Notes: generated by a model not told the origin, from the sequence alone. A stretch of DNA of 62,925 nucleotides, filler included, from Vannella sp. (GCA_023345925.1; 8 parts of 8 records of this genome joined end to end with filler, not necessarily neighbours in it); one strand, 5' to 3'. Numbered from the whole stretch's first letter, positions 23,453-36,860 are shown. Numbers and translations are program-made.

Positions 23453-23552
23453 NNNNNNNNNNNNNNNNNNNNNNNNNNNNNNNNNNNNNNNNNNNNTTAA
23501 TTAATTAANNNNNNNNNNNNNNNNNNNNNNNNNNNNNNNNNNNNNNNNNNNN
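23453..23552. other. Artificial contig spacer
   Basis: 100-nt N run with TTAATTAATTAA. Confidence 0.99.
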
Positions 23553-25809
23553 TTGGTCTTGGGAAGAGGGAGAGGATAGCTATGGTCCTTCAGATTGGGT
23601 AGCAAAAGCCTTTCGGACTCACCCAGAGATTCTGGAGAGCCACGAGAGATCAAGGCCTCTCACAGGGAGGAAGACCTTTGGTTGTTCTTTATCCACCGCC
23701 TCCACAGAAGCCAACCACGCCATTTCACATCGCAAAGGTACCGATAGAGGAGGTCTTCCTCCGGTTGCTCACTCCTTCCTTGCAGTCGTTCAGCTCCTTC
23801 TTGGCTTCTTGGAAGAGAACGGATACGTGAAGAGTCTTGAGAAGCTGGAAAGCGATACATCGATCTCCCGTAAGCTCTCTTCTCCTCCTCTCGAGTGGTG
23901 TTGATGATTCTGTCGCATTTCTAGGATCAGAGATCAAGAGCGGCAGCCAGCAGCTACGTAAGATCCTTGAGATGGGAATCAAGGACGTCTCTACTGCGCT
24001 AGACCCCTCCTTGACACAGCTTGGTATGAAACAACCACCTTACTCGTTCACTCGGTGGTCTCACCACCTGTTTGTAGAGAATACTGGTTCTGGAGACACT
24101 GAAGTAGAGCTGTTTGACTTTGAACAGTCTTTTGATGCACAGGAGAGTGGTGAGAGGCAATGAGGTCTCGAGATTCCTATTCTAATCCGACAAAGACACC
24201 ACCAATGACGTTCACTTTTGGTCTGAAGGGCCTGGCTCCGAGCAAAATCTGATTCTTGGGTACGATGAAGATACCAAGAGTGAGATCATCCTCTGTGGAA
24301 CACCAAACAAGATAGTTGAGTTTGTGACTTCCTCAAAACAAGGGAGTAAGCCATCCAATACCTTCCCTCCCTTCTTCGTCTTTTGATTAACACTATTTCA
24401 GATCTTGCTCTCCGAAACCTGGTACTGGCGACGTACCATTCCTGGTGCACTTCGGAACAGTTACTGAAGAAGCTACTTCAACGCTATGAGGTTCCTGTGG
24501 AAGCTTTGAAGATGAGCGAAGAAGACGCTATCAAGTTCAAAAAGGATGTGGGGCTGCGCGTTGCTCTTGTCCTAAAGGCTTGGATGCTCCAAAAGGAAAG
24601 AGATTTCTCGGACCGCCTTTTGGAGACCCTGAGGGAGTTTATCGAAGTCCAGCTCATCAAGGATGGTCGACTTGATCTTGCCAAGACTTTGCGAGGACCA
24701 TTTACTGCCTTGGTTAGTCAGAATATCGATTTGAGAGTTCTTATCTTTATTGTTCGAGTAGAGAGAAGCCAATTTTAGCAAGGAGGCTGACGAGGCTATT
24801 GACGTCTCGATGTGTCCAGACCCTAAAGTACCGAAGAATATCTTCTCACCCACTTTGACTTTGGATGATGTTCCCAAAGAGGAGATTGCTCGACAGCTTA
24901 CCTTAATTGACGGCAAGCTCTTCCTCGAGATTCGAGTTAGTTTGCGAATCATGTGATGCACACAAGTGTCTAACTTAATGATAAGACCAAGGAGTTCTTT
25001 GCTCGGAACTGGTCTAAATCCAGCAATATTCGTTCTTCGGCAGTGGCAAAGATCATCACTCGTTTCAATAACGTACGTCTCGGAAGCAAAGAGCATGTGA
25101 AGCTCATTCTCTATTGTAGATGGTCAAATGGGTGGTCACTTCTATCCTGAAGAAAACAAGCCACCAAGATAGGGCGGAAGTCATTAAGAACTTTTTGGAG
25201 ATCGCTCACGTACGCCCTACATCTCTTGCTTTCATTTCTCACTCTTCCTAGTTCCTTGGACAAATGCAATCTTACAATTCCATGGCCGCAATCTACTTTG
25301 GAGTCACTCATGGAGCCATTCATCGGCTTGCACACACATTTAACCACCTCGGACCTCAGAGTCGCCAGTACCTCAAGAGTCTCGGAGAAACAATGAATCC
25401 AAATGATGGGTTTGCAACCTACATGGAGCAATACCTCTCTCAAAAAGCTCCCAAGATTCCCTTCCTGTAAGTGATTGTTGTATTGTTCCTTCTTCTTCTT
25501 TCACTGATTGCCACACAAAGAGGAGCTCACTTGCAAGAGATCGCCCTGATTGAAGAAATCGAACCTGACCGTATCAATGGCCTAGTCAACCTCTCAAAGC
25601 GGCGCCAAATCTTCGAAAAAGTTGAACCCATTCTCAAGTGCCAATCCATCTCTCTCAAGCTCCTGCCTGTCCGCCAGATCAGCCAGTTCCTCCACAAGTT
25701 CGAGCTTTATAAGAACGAAAACGAGATGTACAAGATCTCCCTCTTGAGAGAGCCAAAAGGCATTTCCATCACCGATTTGGTGGACTACGAGAAGTCTGCT
25801 AACGCGTGA
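23553..25809 (+). CDS. RasGEF (REM + CDC25), 5' truncated
   Basis: CGTPNKIVEFVT, LATYHSWCTSEQLLKKLLQRY, RVALVLKAW, EEIARQLTLID, SYNSMAAIYFG..AIHRLAHT, PKIPFL, GLVNLSKRR, YKISLLREPK. About six introns. Confidence 0.92.
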
Positions 25810-25886
25810 CCGCCCGTCAAATTCAGTTTCACCATTGATCTTAAAATGAAATTTCTGTTCTCCTGGTGCTACTGAACCATTATTTA

Positions 25887-28800
25887 ATGGCCCGACTGGA
25901 AGTGGGAGCGCCTTCCGTTGCAGTCGGCGAGAGCCTTTCGTTTGAGGTCATAGATCGCTTATGCCTGTTTGTAGAGATGAACTGCGTGTTGGAGGGCGTC
26001 TTCCGTGTGTCTGGCGACCAGTTGGAAGCACAGAAGATTGCTGAAGCGTGCGAAGGAGGAGTTTGTAACTTCCCATTAGAGCAGTGCGTCGACTTGCATT
26101 CTGTATCAAGTGCGCTCAAGCTATACCTAAGAAGTCATCAACAGTCCCTTCTTGCCAGCTCTGCTCGTGAAGAGGTTCTGAGGGTGGAGGAGGAATGGTC
26201 CGTAGTGACCGTAGTCCAACTCATCTTCTCTCTCCCTACGTCCCACAGACACATCCTACGACGCCTCTTGGACATGCTGGGCTTCCTAAAAGAGCACGAG
26301 GAGGTCACGAAAATGAATGCCAGCAACCTTGGGTGAGTTAAGCGGTTGGATTGGACCAAGAACTGACAGTACTGGCAGGATGGTGTTCGCACCTCTCCTC
26401 TGCAACACCAAGCTAGACGTGGCACAGGAACTCAAGTCAAACAGAAGGTTCTCCAAACTATGGGTGTTCTTGATAAGTCATTTTGAGGACATGCCGGAAC
26501 TGTTGCCCCCGCGCCCTTCTTTACAGCACCTCTTTGGCTTACCAACTCGGTTCACACGCACTGAAACGGATTGCATTTGCGTTAAGAGTTCATGTCAGTC
26601 ATATCAGGAAGGAACGATCCTGTTTTGCAGCGGCCATCCCATCAAGGGGCTCCAGATTGTTAGGAAGGGCATTGTAGCTCTTTTGTTTGCTGGTTCAAGA
26701 GTAGGATTGCTGTACGAGGGTACAATGTTGGATTGTAGGTGGCTTATGTTTGCTCCTCACTCATTCCCGTCTCTGTGGACTTACCAAGCTGAAACGGCTT
26801 GCGAAATCGCCACTGTACGCCCAGCTTTACTCCAAACCTTGCTTGGAGTCGACACTCCGCTTCAAAGTCGGTTTTTCTGGAATCAGGCTTACGTTCTCGC
26901 CCAACAACTGCAAATTCTCCATCTTCCTCCTGGATCCTCTGCCGCTCTCTCTCGAGGAGAGAGAAGGAGGCGAGTGGTTATCGCCAAGAAACCTCCTCTT
27001 AATAGGTCTGTTGGTGCCAAAGAAGTCACAGCTGTGAAGACCACAGAAGAGGCAGAGATAGTCGTAATGGTGTACAGTGACTTAAAAGGAAGCTTCAAAA
27101 TGGTGGCTTGTCGCGAGAAGGATGATATTAGCGGCCTTTTGAAACAGTGCCACGATCGATTTTTGTCTATTCCTGATCAGTGTTCGTCTTACCGCATCTT
27201 TCAAATGTACCAAAAGCCTGGCGAAGGAGGATTTGGAGCACTCCCAGAACCAATCGATTTGGATTACCGCGTGGATTCATGCATTGAGTTGTCGGAGCTT
27301 GAAAAGCCAAGCTTTCTTTACGCTCTTTATCATCCCACCCAAGAATCTGAGACCAGTGACACATTTTGTACAGAGGGTAAAGTCATCCTCCTCTCTGCGG
27401 TTGATTGCAAACTCGGAAAATCTCTTGGGACTTTGTTCTTGACACCAAGCTTTCTATTTCACCGCTCAAATGACGAGCGAAAGGTATGATGTCCCCTCCT
27501 TGTGTCAATCTTTTTGCTCACCGGATCGCATCTCCAGAGCAACACACTTTTCGAACTCTCTGAGGTGAAGCAAGTGGAGGTGAAGGAAAAAATTATTTTA
27601 GTCCACACTGCGAGAAGCAAAGCGGCCCACCAGATTGTCCACTTCAAATCGCAAGAGATTTTTCAGCTTTTGGTCCTCCTCACAAAGAGTTCTGCATTCG
27701 ACAGTTCTGAATTGTTCCATTTCCTGTCCCAACTGCAGAACTTCACAGAGTTGTCTCGATTAGCTGCTATCAATGACCCCAACGCACCGAATTTAGACCG
27801 TTGCCAGTCGATTCAATCATTTCATCGATCTTTTGTATCAAGGATAGCTCGCCATTTGCTATGGTCAGCAGCACCACCCGAAGAATTGAAGAGAATCAGT
27901 CACATTTCCCTAAACTACTTGCTATCAACAAATTATCAAGAGTAAGGAGTCTAATTTGTTTGAAGGACGCGCTAACTTAATGCTCTCTAGTCTTTTCGGG
28001 AGCAGATTTCGAGCGCAGCAACACGATAAAGAATTCGAGCAGCGACGGCAGAAGTGGAGGGGTCAGGTGAAGCCTCATCATCTCCTTGAACAGGTTCAAA
28101 CCGCTGATGTTTATGAATCTGTTGAAAAACTGGTGTCTTGTGGCTCGAATGGTAAGGCTATTCCTGGGAGCTCCCTCTTTTATACTCATATGGCTTTAGA
28201 GCTTGACAAACTTGACTCTCTTCGGTTACCAGAAGAGAAAGTGGCTTGTCTTTTAGAGACCTCGCGTATCCTATACTCAATTATGACCACGTTTGATTGC
28301 ATACCTCCGAAAGAGTTTCTATCCCTCTTCATCCTTGCTATTATCAAGAGCAAGGCTTCTTTTTATTCAAATATTGAGTTTCTGCATAACTTTGCTTCAT
28401 CTAGTCTACTGTCTGGTATGGCTGAGTATATTGTGGAGCAACTCGAAACTGCTCTTCGATTCATGGCCTCTCCCAAATTCCGGTCACTCTTCAGACCTCG
28501 AAGCGATACCCTAAGCCATCCAATTCACTCCTTCTTGGCCTCATCTGCGGAACAACTGAGTGAAATTGGTCTTTCACTCGAAGTTTGCTTCTCTCCTAGA
28601 ATCGGCACGGCCAGAGAGACGAGCGAATCAACCAAGAGCAATCCTGATCCTGCTTCTGAAGCACGAGCCATTCAACCAAATGTAGACCCAGAAAATCAAG
28701 TCTACCAGAGACGTGATAACTTCTTCTTCCCTCGCGCTGTTGTAATCGAGAGTTACACCCATTCTTCGGACCACGAAGTTTCCCTCTTTGTTGGCCAAGT

Positions 28801-29420
28801 CGTATTGGTACTTTTCGGGCACGCAGCCGTTGTAAACCACCTTGCAACTCATCGCCCTGGATGGCTTCATATCTCAATCAATGGCCTGAGTGGATGGGCC
28901 CCTCAACAGTAAGTTAGCCCTTCTCAAAAACATACCTCCTAACGCAATCCTCCGAAACAGTTGCTTCAAGCTCATTTCTGAGCATCTCTGTACCAAAATA
29001 ATGCTGAATAACGGACTACAATCCCCACTAGACATGCCCACTCCAGAAGACTGGGCGAAAATAATGGAAAGTGGAAAGCGGCTTCAGATGTCCAAAGGAG
29101 ATGTAATAGTGCCTGCCCAATCTCGATTCCAATGGCTCTATCTTATTTTGGAAGGCCAAGTCCTTGTCTCCAATGAGCACCAAAAGAATGTTCTCGGCCA
29201 AGCAAGCTTTTTCAACTTGACTGCTTTCCTTCTTGGCAAATCTGACACAAAAGCGGAAGTCTTTTCTCAAAACTGCACAGTTCTGCGATTGAATCCCGCT
29301 CGGATGCATTATTATTCGAGCCCCCTCTCTGGTCGCTTGCTTCGCTACATTGCAACGGATCTCCAACAGCAAATCATCAACCTTAACACCACAATCTCGA
29401 AACAATTAGAAGCGCAATAA
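25887..29420 (+). CDS. Multidomain signalling protein: RhoGAP, cNMP-like, RA-like, GRAM/PH-like, VPS9, SH3, cNMP-like
   Basis: RhoGAP EGVFRVSG, SSALKLYLR, KMNASNLGMVFAP; cNMP-like YQEGTILF..LQIVRKGIV and KGDVIV..LYLILEGQV; VPS9 PEEKVACLLET..YSNIEFLHNF..GMAEY..LETALRFM; SH3 RAVVIESY..EVSL..GW..GWAP. Four short introns join the ORFs. Confidence 0.8.
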
Positions 29421-29523
29421 CTTCATTAAAGCGACTATTCCCTGTGGAGGATATTTTCAGATATTTTCAGATATTTTTGGTTTTGCGGTTTTGGCGAGGT
29501 TTCGGGCACTTTCTCTTGTCTTG

Positions 29524-30804
29524 ATGGATTTAGCTTTGATGGAAGCCATCGAAGGGTTCATAGTGTCTTACCTCTCTGCTCAAGCAGCGGGAGACAAACC
29601 GCGGATCTACTATCAGGCCAAAGCCAAGTGGTCCCCTGTTCTGAAGAGACTGGTCCTTGACGAAGATTCCAAGAAGCTGAGCCTGACAGCTACTTCTGTG
29701 CAGACTGCTAGACTCTTTCGAGTTCTCGAAATCTGCTACACCAACTTGTCTGAGGACTCCTGGTGCACCAAAAGGTTGTACCTCAGGAACAAGGACTAAG
29801 CCTAACTCTCACGCTACAGAGACATGTATTATCAAGATGTCAGTCTATTCAAAAGCACTGCCACTCTCGACCGTTGCCTGATGGTGTTAACCAGCTGGTT
29901 TGAAGTTCCTAGGGAAGCTTTGCATGTGATTGGAACCCCAAAAGGTCTGGTCTGTGGAGCACTCTTCTATCTCTCCAAGAACGGTGAAGCAGTTGACCTG
30001 GGGCTGGAGGACAAGGTGAACAATGATACGGACCTTGGCGAACTCGCAAACTCACTGTTGGGGATTGCCACAAATAGGGTTATCTGATTGACTCTCACCT
30101 TTTGAACTCCCATCAAATTGAATGTGCGGCTCTCTTTGTGATTCTGGTGGAGGACGCCGCAACGTTTCACAACTGTGAGGGTTCTGTTGGCTCTCCATCG
30201 GTCACTTACAATTGTAGTGGTGGAGCAGCGCTTCCACGTTAAGCATGGCTGTCTTCTAGTGTCTGGAAAAGGATACTTGGATTACAGCACCCGCTCTCTG
30301 CTCCTCCTCTTGAGCCTTCAAGGGAAGAAGATCCTTGCTCTCTATGATGGAGATCCACACGGTTTAGAAATTCTGATGTCCCTTCAGCTAGGTTCACAGG
30401 TAATAGGGAAGGAGAACACTTTCACAGTCACTAAGACCCTCCCTAGAAGACTGCCACTCGGGGAACCATCGCACAAGAGAACCTTGGTTGGTTAGGTGTT
30501 CACATGGAGGACCTCAGCACCTTCAAGTTGCCTGTTTCGATGAGAATCCCGTTATCAGATAAGGACCGACACAAGATCGAACTCCTCACCACCAAAGAGT
30601 GGGTCCAAGCGAATCCCAGATGGAAGTAAGTCCCCCACCTTTCGATTCTCATTGCCAATTATCAAAAATAGGACCCAACTGGACTTGATGGCTGCTGGAG
30701 GATTCAAAGTAGAAATCCAAAGTTTGAGAGGTCAAAGCCCCACATTCCTGGCAGAGATTTATCTTCCCCAGAAAATTGCCGAGTTTATGAATCAACGGCA
30801 ATAA
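29524..30804 (+). CDS. SPO11: Meiotic SPO11 / topoisomerase VI subunit A
   Basis: CTKR|DMYY (catalytic Tyr motif), REALHVIGTPKGLVCG, Toprim VILVEDAATF, SGKGYLDYSTR, DGDPHGLEI, WLGV, KVEIQSL, YLPQKI. Five introns. Confidence 0.93.
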
Positions 30805-30855
30805 ACTGTCCACAGCAATCAATCTTGTCCCGTTCCTGCAAGACTCGAGCCTGCC

Positions 30856-33005
30856 ATGGCGTTCCTCAAGGGAATGAAGAACTACTTTATGGAGCTCATT
30901 GATGAGAACGTAGGGGGTGACTCTGTACGATGGGCATCTGTGAGCTCCCAATTCGAAGAGCTGCTCTTGCTTCTCGAGAAGATGAACACCCAAGCCAATC
31001 ATACCACGATTGTTCTCACCCCCGCACAGATCGAGAGCGAGCGAGATAACATTAATACCGTTACCAAAGCACTCACTGAACTGGTGCCCATCCTAGAACA
31101 GAGAAGGATCCTCTACGGGAACGACCCCGCCCTCTTCTATCACCTTCGCCTTCTCCTCCTTCGCATGTGGCGCATTATCCTCCGTATCGTTAAGTCCTTC
31201 TTCTATCAGAAGCGACAGCTCCAGAAGCAGAACGAAGCCGCTAAAGCAGGCGTCAGCCCTTCCAGCGTGGGGCGAGCTGATTGGGGACCTCGTTTCCCCG
31301 CCATGTCGATGAACGACCTTTCTGTTCTCTTCCGCTCGATCAATGCGTTCATGGTACGGCAAGAGTTCAGCATGGAGCACCTTAAAATCGACCGAGACGG
31401 CGTTTCGCACTGCCAAGAGCCCGACTTGGGTGCTGCTAAGCGTTACCGCGTGCTCCTTATCAACACACAAGCTGCAGCTCAAGACATTACGAACTTTCAT
31501 GTATGTTGTGACCCTGTGGCCTCTATTTAGCTGGTAAACTCACCGGTTTGGGTCTGTTTCGTCTTAGATCAAGAGCAACCAGCCTCTATCACGCATTGTC
31601 ATCAACTTCCTGGCTCGTGTGTTTGCTGTTAATAGCTTTCGACTCCCCAAAGTGCCTTCTCTCATCATCTCTTGTGTGAGCTTGAATGACGAGTTGCATG
31701 CTGAGGTGGAGAAGTATCTCCTCGACAAGTCCTTCCACCGTAGCAACAACGACACCTACTACGCTGAGAAAGGCGCCGACGTTGATCCATTGGTGGAAGA
31801 GGACAAACTCCTTCTCCCTCTTCGAGGATCAACTGAACTTCAAACCTTCCCGCAGGAGTCTGCACAGCACAGACTGCTTCTGATGGCACGGCAGTTCCCT
31901 GACCTGTTCCAGTGGGCTCAGTTCCACGCAATCGTACTGGGATACCAGCCGGACACTGAAGATGAGAAGATCAGTGGTGGCCTTTGGCTCCAAGAGTTCC
32001 AGAAGGGCGACTCGATGCTCTTCTTCATGTACATCCATGAGTGGGTCGAACATGCTTGCTCAGTCAGTCGAGAAGGACGCTCCCAGATCGATTGGAAGAC
32101 CATCCGGGGATATCGGGTGTTTGTTCCTTCCTTTGTGTTCGCCTTCAAGCGTGCTACGGTATATTCGAGAGATCTTTTAGATAGCTCCTGCTCTATGCTA
32201 CTGACGGAGCCGTCCCTCATCAATTTCTACTTGCATCACCTCCTCGATCGAACGAATGTCTATGATCTCGCTGCTACACAGAGTAGGAGCCTCTATGGGG
32301 GTTCAAAGGGGTGCCACTAACGTTTCCCCAGATGCTCTATGTACTTTAGAGACTTGGCTGCGGTATCTGGCTGATGCTGGGGTCCCACTTCATCACTCCT
32401 TCGAAGCAGGATACTTCTGCAGGGCTCTGGACATCATCTTCCAGACGGATCATCACCAGCTTATCACTCGAACCTTATCGATGCTCTATTCGGTGCTGGG
32501 GGTCTTCACAGGAGAGGCTCGAGTCCAGGTGCTGATCAATCTCTTGCTCCACAAATACTTTTTTGTGCTCTTCTTGCACTGGGACTCCTCCACTCGCAAC
32601 TGCTATCAGCAGTTGTTAGTGTTCCGTGGTCTACACACCAAAAGGTCCACTCTTGTTTCCATTCGCACCTCCAATGACATGGATATCAATGGGCCAGATA
32701 CGGGTGACTCTGAGCTTATAACTGATACGTAAGTGGAGTATGCTGTTTGGTTCACGTTGACTGAAAAGAGTGTTAGAATGGTATACAGTAAGATTGAGTC
32801 ATATTGGCGAATAATGAGCGACCAAGTCAAGAACAAAGCGGGACCAAAAGACTTCCCACAAAGTCTGGAAGCCTACGCCCCTCGTGCTATGGCTGAGTTC
32901 CGGGCTTACAGTGAATTCTATCGATATTGGGAGAACTCGAACAAACCCATCCCCAATCGAGTCATTCCTTATGCACAACTTGACGACGATTTTAAGCGGA
33001 ATTGA
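30856..33005 (+). CDS. DUF1765-family helical protein
   Basis: RTNVYD, YFCRALDIIFQTDHHQLITRTLSMLY, FFVLFLHWDSSTRNCYQQLLVFR, YAPRAMAEF resemble the DUF1765 block. Four ORFs joined by three introns. Confidence 0.65.
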
Positions 33006-33062
33006 GTTCATTCTCTTTATACAATCATTTTGCTCATTCCCAAGTCATCTCGTAGTTGACGG

Positions 33063-33162
33063 NNNNNNNNNNNNNNNNNNNNNNNNNNNNNNNNNNNNNN
33101 NNNNNNTTAATTAATTAANNNNNNNNNNNNNNNNNNNNNNNNNNNNNNNNNNNNNNNNNNNN
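33063..33162. other. Artificial contig spacer
   Basis: 100-nt N run with TTAATTAATTAA. Confidence 0.99.
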
Positions 33163-34224
33163 GAAGAAGGAACAGAGTCTCTGGAACTGCGTAGGTGCTG
33201 CCATCTTTCTTACCTCTCATACTCACCAATCCAAGGGGATCTATTGGACCCAGAGGACCCCAGAGAGTTCTACAAGGACCTCAAACCCATCGGACAAGGG
33301 TAACGCAGCCTACTTCTGGACGCTTCGTCCTCTCTAACCACTCGTAGGGCGGTTGGAGAAGTCTTCTCAGCAAAGACACCCAAAGGAGAGAAGGTGGCCA
33401 TCAAGCAGATGCGCTTAGAGCCCGAAATTGTGGCGATCCTTCCTGCTGAGATCAGTATTATGAAGAAGTGCGTCCATGCCAACATCGTCACTTACTTTGG
33501 AAGCTACATGGTCGGAAAGAACGACCTTTGGGTGGCAATGGAGCTGATGGAAGGAGGCTGTTTGACCGACATTGTCCAAGCGGACGGAGTGAAGATTCCC
33601 GAACCAGTCATTGCGTACATCATCCGAGAGTCCTTAATGGGACTGCAGTACCTCCATGAGCGCCACATTATCCATCGCGATATCAAGAGTGATAATGTGC
33701 TGATTGGGGGCAAAGGGGAGGTCAAGCTGGCCGACTTTGGGTATGCTGCCCAACTCATTCAGAAAGCAAAGGCGCGCCGGACTGTGTGCGGGGTTTGTTG
33801 AGTCTCTTGTTACAGTTTCATCTATTCATTCGGTTCAGACACCCTATTGGATGGCTCCAGAATTGATTCAGGGGGAAGAATACACTCAGAAAGTGGATAT
33901 CTGGAGTCTTGGAGTGATGCTGGTGGAATGCGCAGAAGTAGACCCACCATACTTTGAGCATGACCCTGTCAAGGCTCTGTTTAACATCGTGACTCTGGGA
34001 CTTCCACCGTTGAAGCAGCCTGGCAAGTGGTCTTCCGAAATGCGCGATTTCCACAAGCAGATCACAACTGTCGATCCCATCAAGAGACCTACAGCAGCTC
34101 AGTTGCTACAACATCGTTTTATGTCCAAGGCAGCTGCGCCACACGCGCTAGTGCGCCTTGGGACACAGGCTGGTGTATTCCACTAACTGTGAGCTTACCA
34201 TCTCATCAGTTCTTTCCAATTTAA
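33163..34224 (+). CDS. STE20/PAK-family Ser/Thr kinase, 5' truncated
   Basis: DPREFY..IGQG|AVGEVF, VAIKQM, LWVAMELMEGGCLTD, HRDIKSDNVL, LADFGYAAQL, RRTVCG|TPYWMAPE, DIWSLG. Confidence 0.95.
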
Positions 34225-34275
34225 GGTAATATAGTACATGAATAGGATACAGGGGCATGCGACCCGGCCAATACT

Positions 34276-36860
34276 TCATGGAAGATCTCCAAAAGCGTCG
34301 TCATCGAGAAAGGAGAGGCTTGCTGTAGAAGCAGTCTCTCCAACTGGGCTCCTGTGCTCTCTAGAGAAATGGATAAGCCAAGAAGTACACAGGCAAGAGC
34401 ATACCATTTGTAGAGAGGCGCGAATACCAGGCGGATTCGAGAGGGTAGCCAGGGGGCAGGTGAATGTCAATTTGATAAGAATTGATTTCTTCAGGGGAAT
34501 GAGCGTTTGACTAGTTCCTGGGAGAGCTTACTTGATATACAGTGGAGACTCAAGTCGAGAGGGAACTTCTCGCTCATGAATGCGCGAAACGTTATCTTCG
34601 ACTGGAGATGTGACAGTTCGTTGCTCACAAAGTCTTGGAAGTGGCTTGAGTGGACGTTGCAAGGCTGAGCAGACCAATCCGCCGTGGTAATCGGTAGATC
34701 CTCACCACAAAAGCTACAGGGTCGATTCTGTGACCTTTTAGGTGATGCAAGACGGGTTCGTTTTCCCAGCAACTCCGCTTTCTTGGGGGATTCTGCAACC
34801 CAGTATTGAAGCAAAGGACTCTCCTTGGACAGTTGCTCATGTGTTTGAGAAAGATTGCAAAGGTCAAACCCTTCCAACACTTTTCTGACAACTAGGAGCC
34901 TTTCATCATCTACCAGAGTTAGATTGAAGTGCTCCAGGGCAAAGGCACTCACTTTCTGCTAGCTTTGAAGTGTCACCGAGGATCCACAGCGCCGTTCTAG
35001 CTTGAGGAGGAGCGGCTGGAGCGAGTGGCGGCTGAGAAATTTGTGCCTCGGTCTTTGTCTTTGTCTTGGTCTTGGTCTCAGCTATCTTCCCAGCAGATCC
35101 ACGACGAGGAGCAGGAGATACTTTCCCGTTGACAATGGCCACGCGAGAGGAGCGAGGGCGAGAGTTAGTACGAGCATTGAAGTTGGTCGGCCTCCCAGGG
35201 ATCGTCCCGCCTGCAACTACAAGAGATTGGGGGACATTATCGCTTGTAGCTTGGCCATTGTAACCAGGAACAGGTAACGGAGGAGGAGGTAGCGGTGCTG
35301 TTCTAGAACTAGCGAATCCAGAATGAGTAGAGTCTTGTCCTGTTTGCGCTGCTGTTGGTTGTTGGGGGTGTTCTGGATTCCTATACGTCAAAACAGGATT
35401 GGTTGGCCAGAGAGAAGAGTTGGGGTGAGATGGAAGGGTATCTTCTGCCCTTCGCATTGTTTCTGTGGAGGAGGGTGGATGATTGTCCTCTCCCACCGAG
35501 ATTCCTCCCATCACTTGAGCCACCTTTGTAACATCTAAAGGAGCGTCTTGAAGACGCTCCCATCCTTCTATATATCGACAAATCTGCCGTTCAGCAGCCC
35601 CCAGAATCTCGATATTGTTGGGAAATTGCTGTGTGGCACTGTTCTCATGAAGAAGAGAGAACTAAAAAGAGTCAGGGAAACTCAAACTCCACAAGAATTG
35701 CGGGGGAACCGCACCAGACGGACGAGAACTAGACGGACTTTCACCAATTCACTTGGAGGCCGAATGGCGCTCTCTTTGGTGAGCTTCTCGATAGCTTGAA
35801 TCATATGAGAGATGGTCCTCACGTACTTTTCTTTCATTTGCTCCAGCTGGACCCATCCAGGAATTGAGTTAGACACTTTTCGTGTTTGTGTGACTTACAC
35901 TTCGCCAGTAGTCCCCGGGGATGACTGGTTCGGATGCGTTTGAGGCTGCTACTCCTTTGTGAAAGAAAAGGGAGGGAGCAGAGGAAGCGGGGGGCATCTG
36001 GGAAGGTATCACAGGGGGGTGGAGAAGGTCACTTCGGGACCCTCCTGGGACGGACTGCTGTGGCATAGCTTGCTGAAGTCGGTAAAGCTGATGATTCTGC
36101 ATCCCGTATGATGCCAGTGCGCTTGGTGCCTGCGTGAAAGGGCTGCGGTACTGAATGTGGGGTCTTCCTTGATTGATATCTCCAGCTTGCGGGGCTCCAT
36201 ACACTCTATCTGGTTGTATCGTATCCCCTGTACTGTTTGGTCTCTGAGTGGGGCCTTGTTGGGGGTGCTGGAGGTGCTGGGAGTGCTGGAAGGTCTGGAA
36301 ATGGGAGTAACTCTGCCCTGGAGGGGCTGAAGATGGTCAGAAAGCGCCTGACAGTAGTCCAACTATGCGAGCGAACCTGTAGGAGTGACACTACTTGATT
36401 GGTTGGTGGTGGCAGTACCTGAACCAGCTAGAAGGCTGTTGCGCCGTTGGATAACTGGAATGCCTTTGTTAGTACCATTCCTCCCGACTCTGCCACGCAC
36501 TCGCATTCGTATAACGACAGATATGACTTTGGTACATTTGCTGTTCGTGTGACACTCGTAAGAACCCGAGGAAAGACGTAAACGTCACGAAAGGGAGGCG
36601 AACCTACCAAACTCGGGCTCCTCTCGAAGACCTGGGACTCTACCTTATCCACGACAGCCACCAACTCTGCACTGCTCGGCACGTAGAGTTGTATGTGCTC
36701 CAACCTGGTTGCCCGCTCATGAACTTCAAAGAAACGAACCGTTCAATGGAGCTGCGCCTTACATCTTCTTCTTCATCGCCTCTCGTTGCTGTGGACTGAT
36801 ACCAGACGATAACTGACCCTGCTGGAGTGCACCAGCATCCCCAGAGCTCGTCTGGCTCAT
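34276..36860 (-). CDS. Mediator subunit Med15-like protein (N-terminal KIX-like domain, Q/P-rich linker)
   Basis: Spliced N-terminus ISPQQREAMKKKMLEHIQLYVPSSAELVAVVDKVESQVFERSPSLQMYQSHI resembles a three-helix KIX domain; Q/H/P-rich region; helical block WVQLEQMKEKYVRTISHMIQ. 3' exon structure uncertain. Confidence 0.5.
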
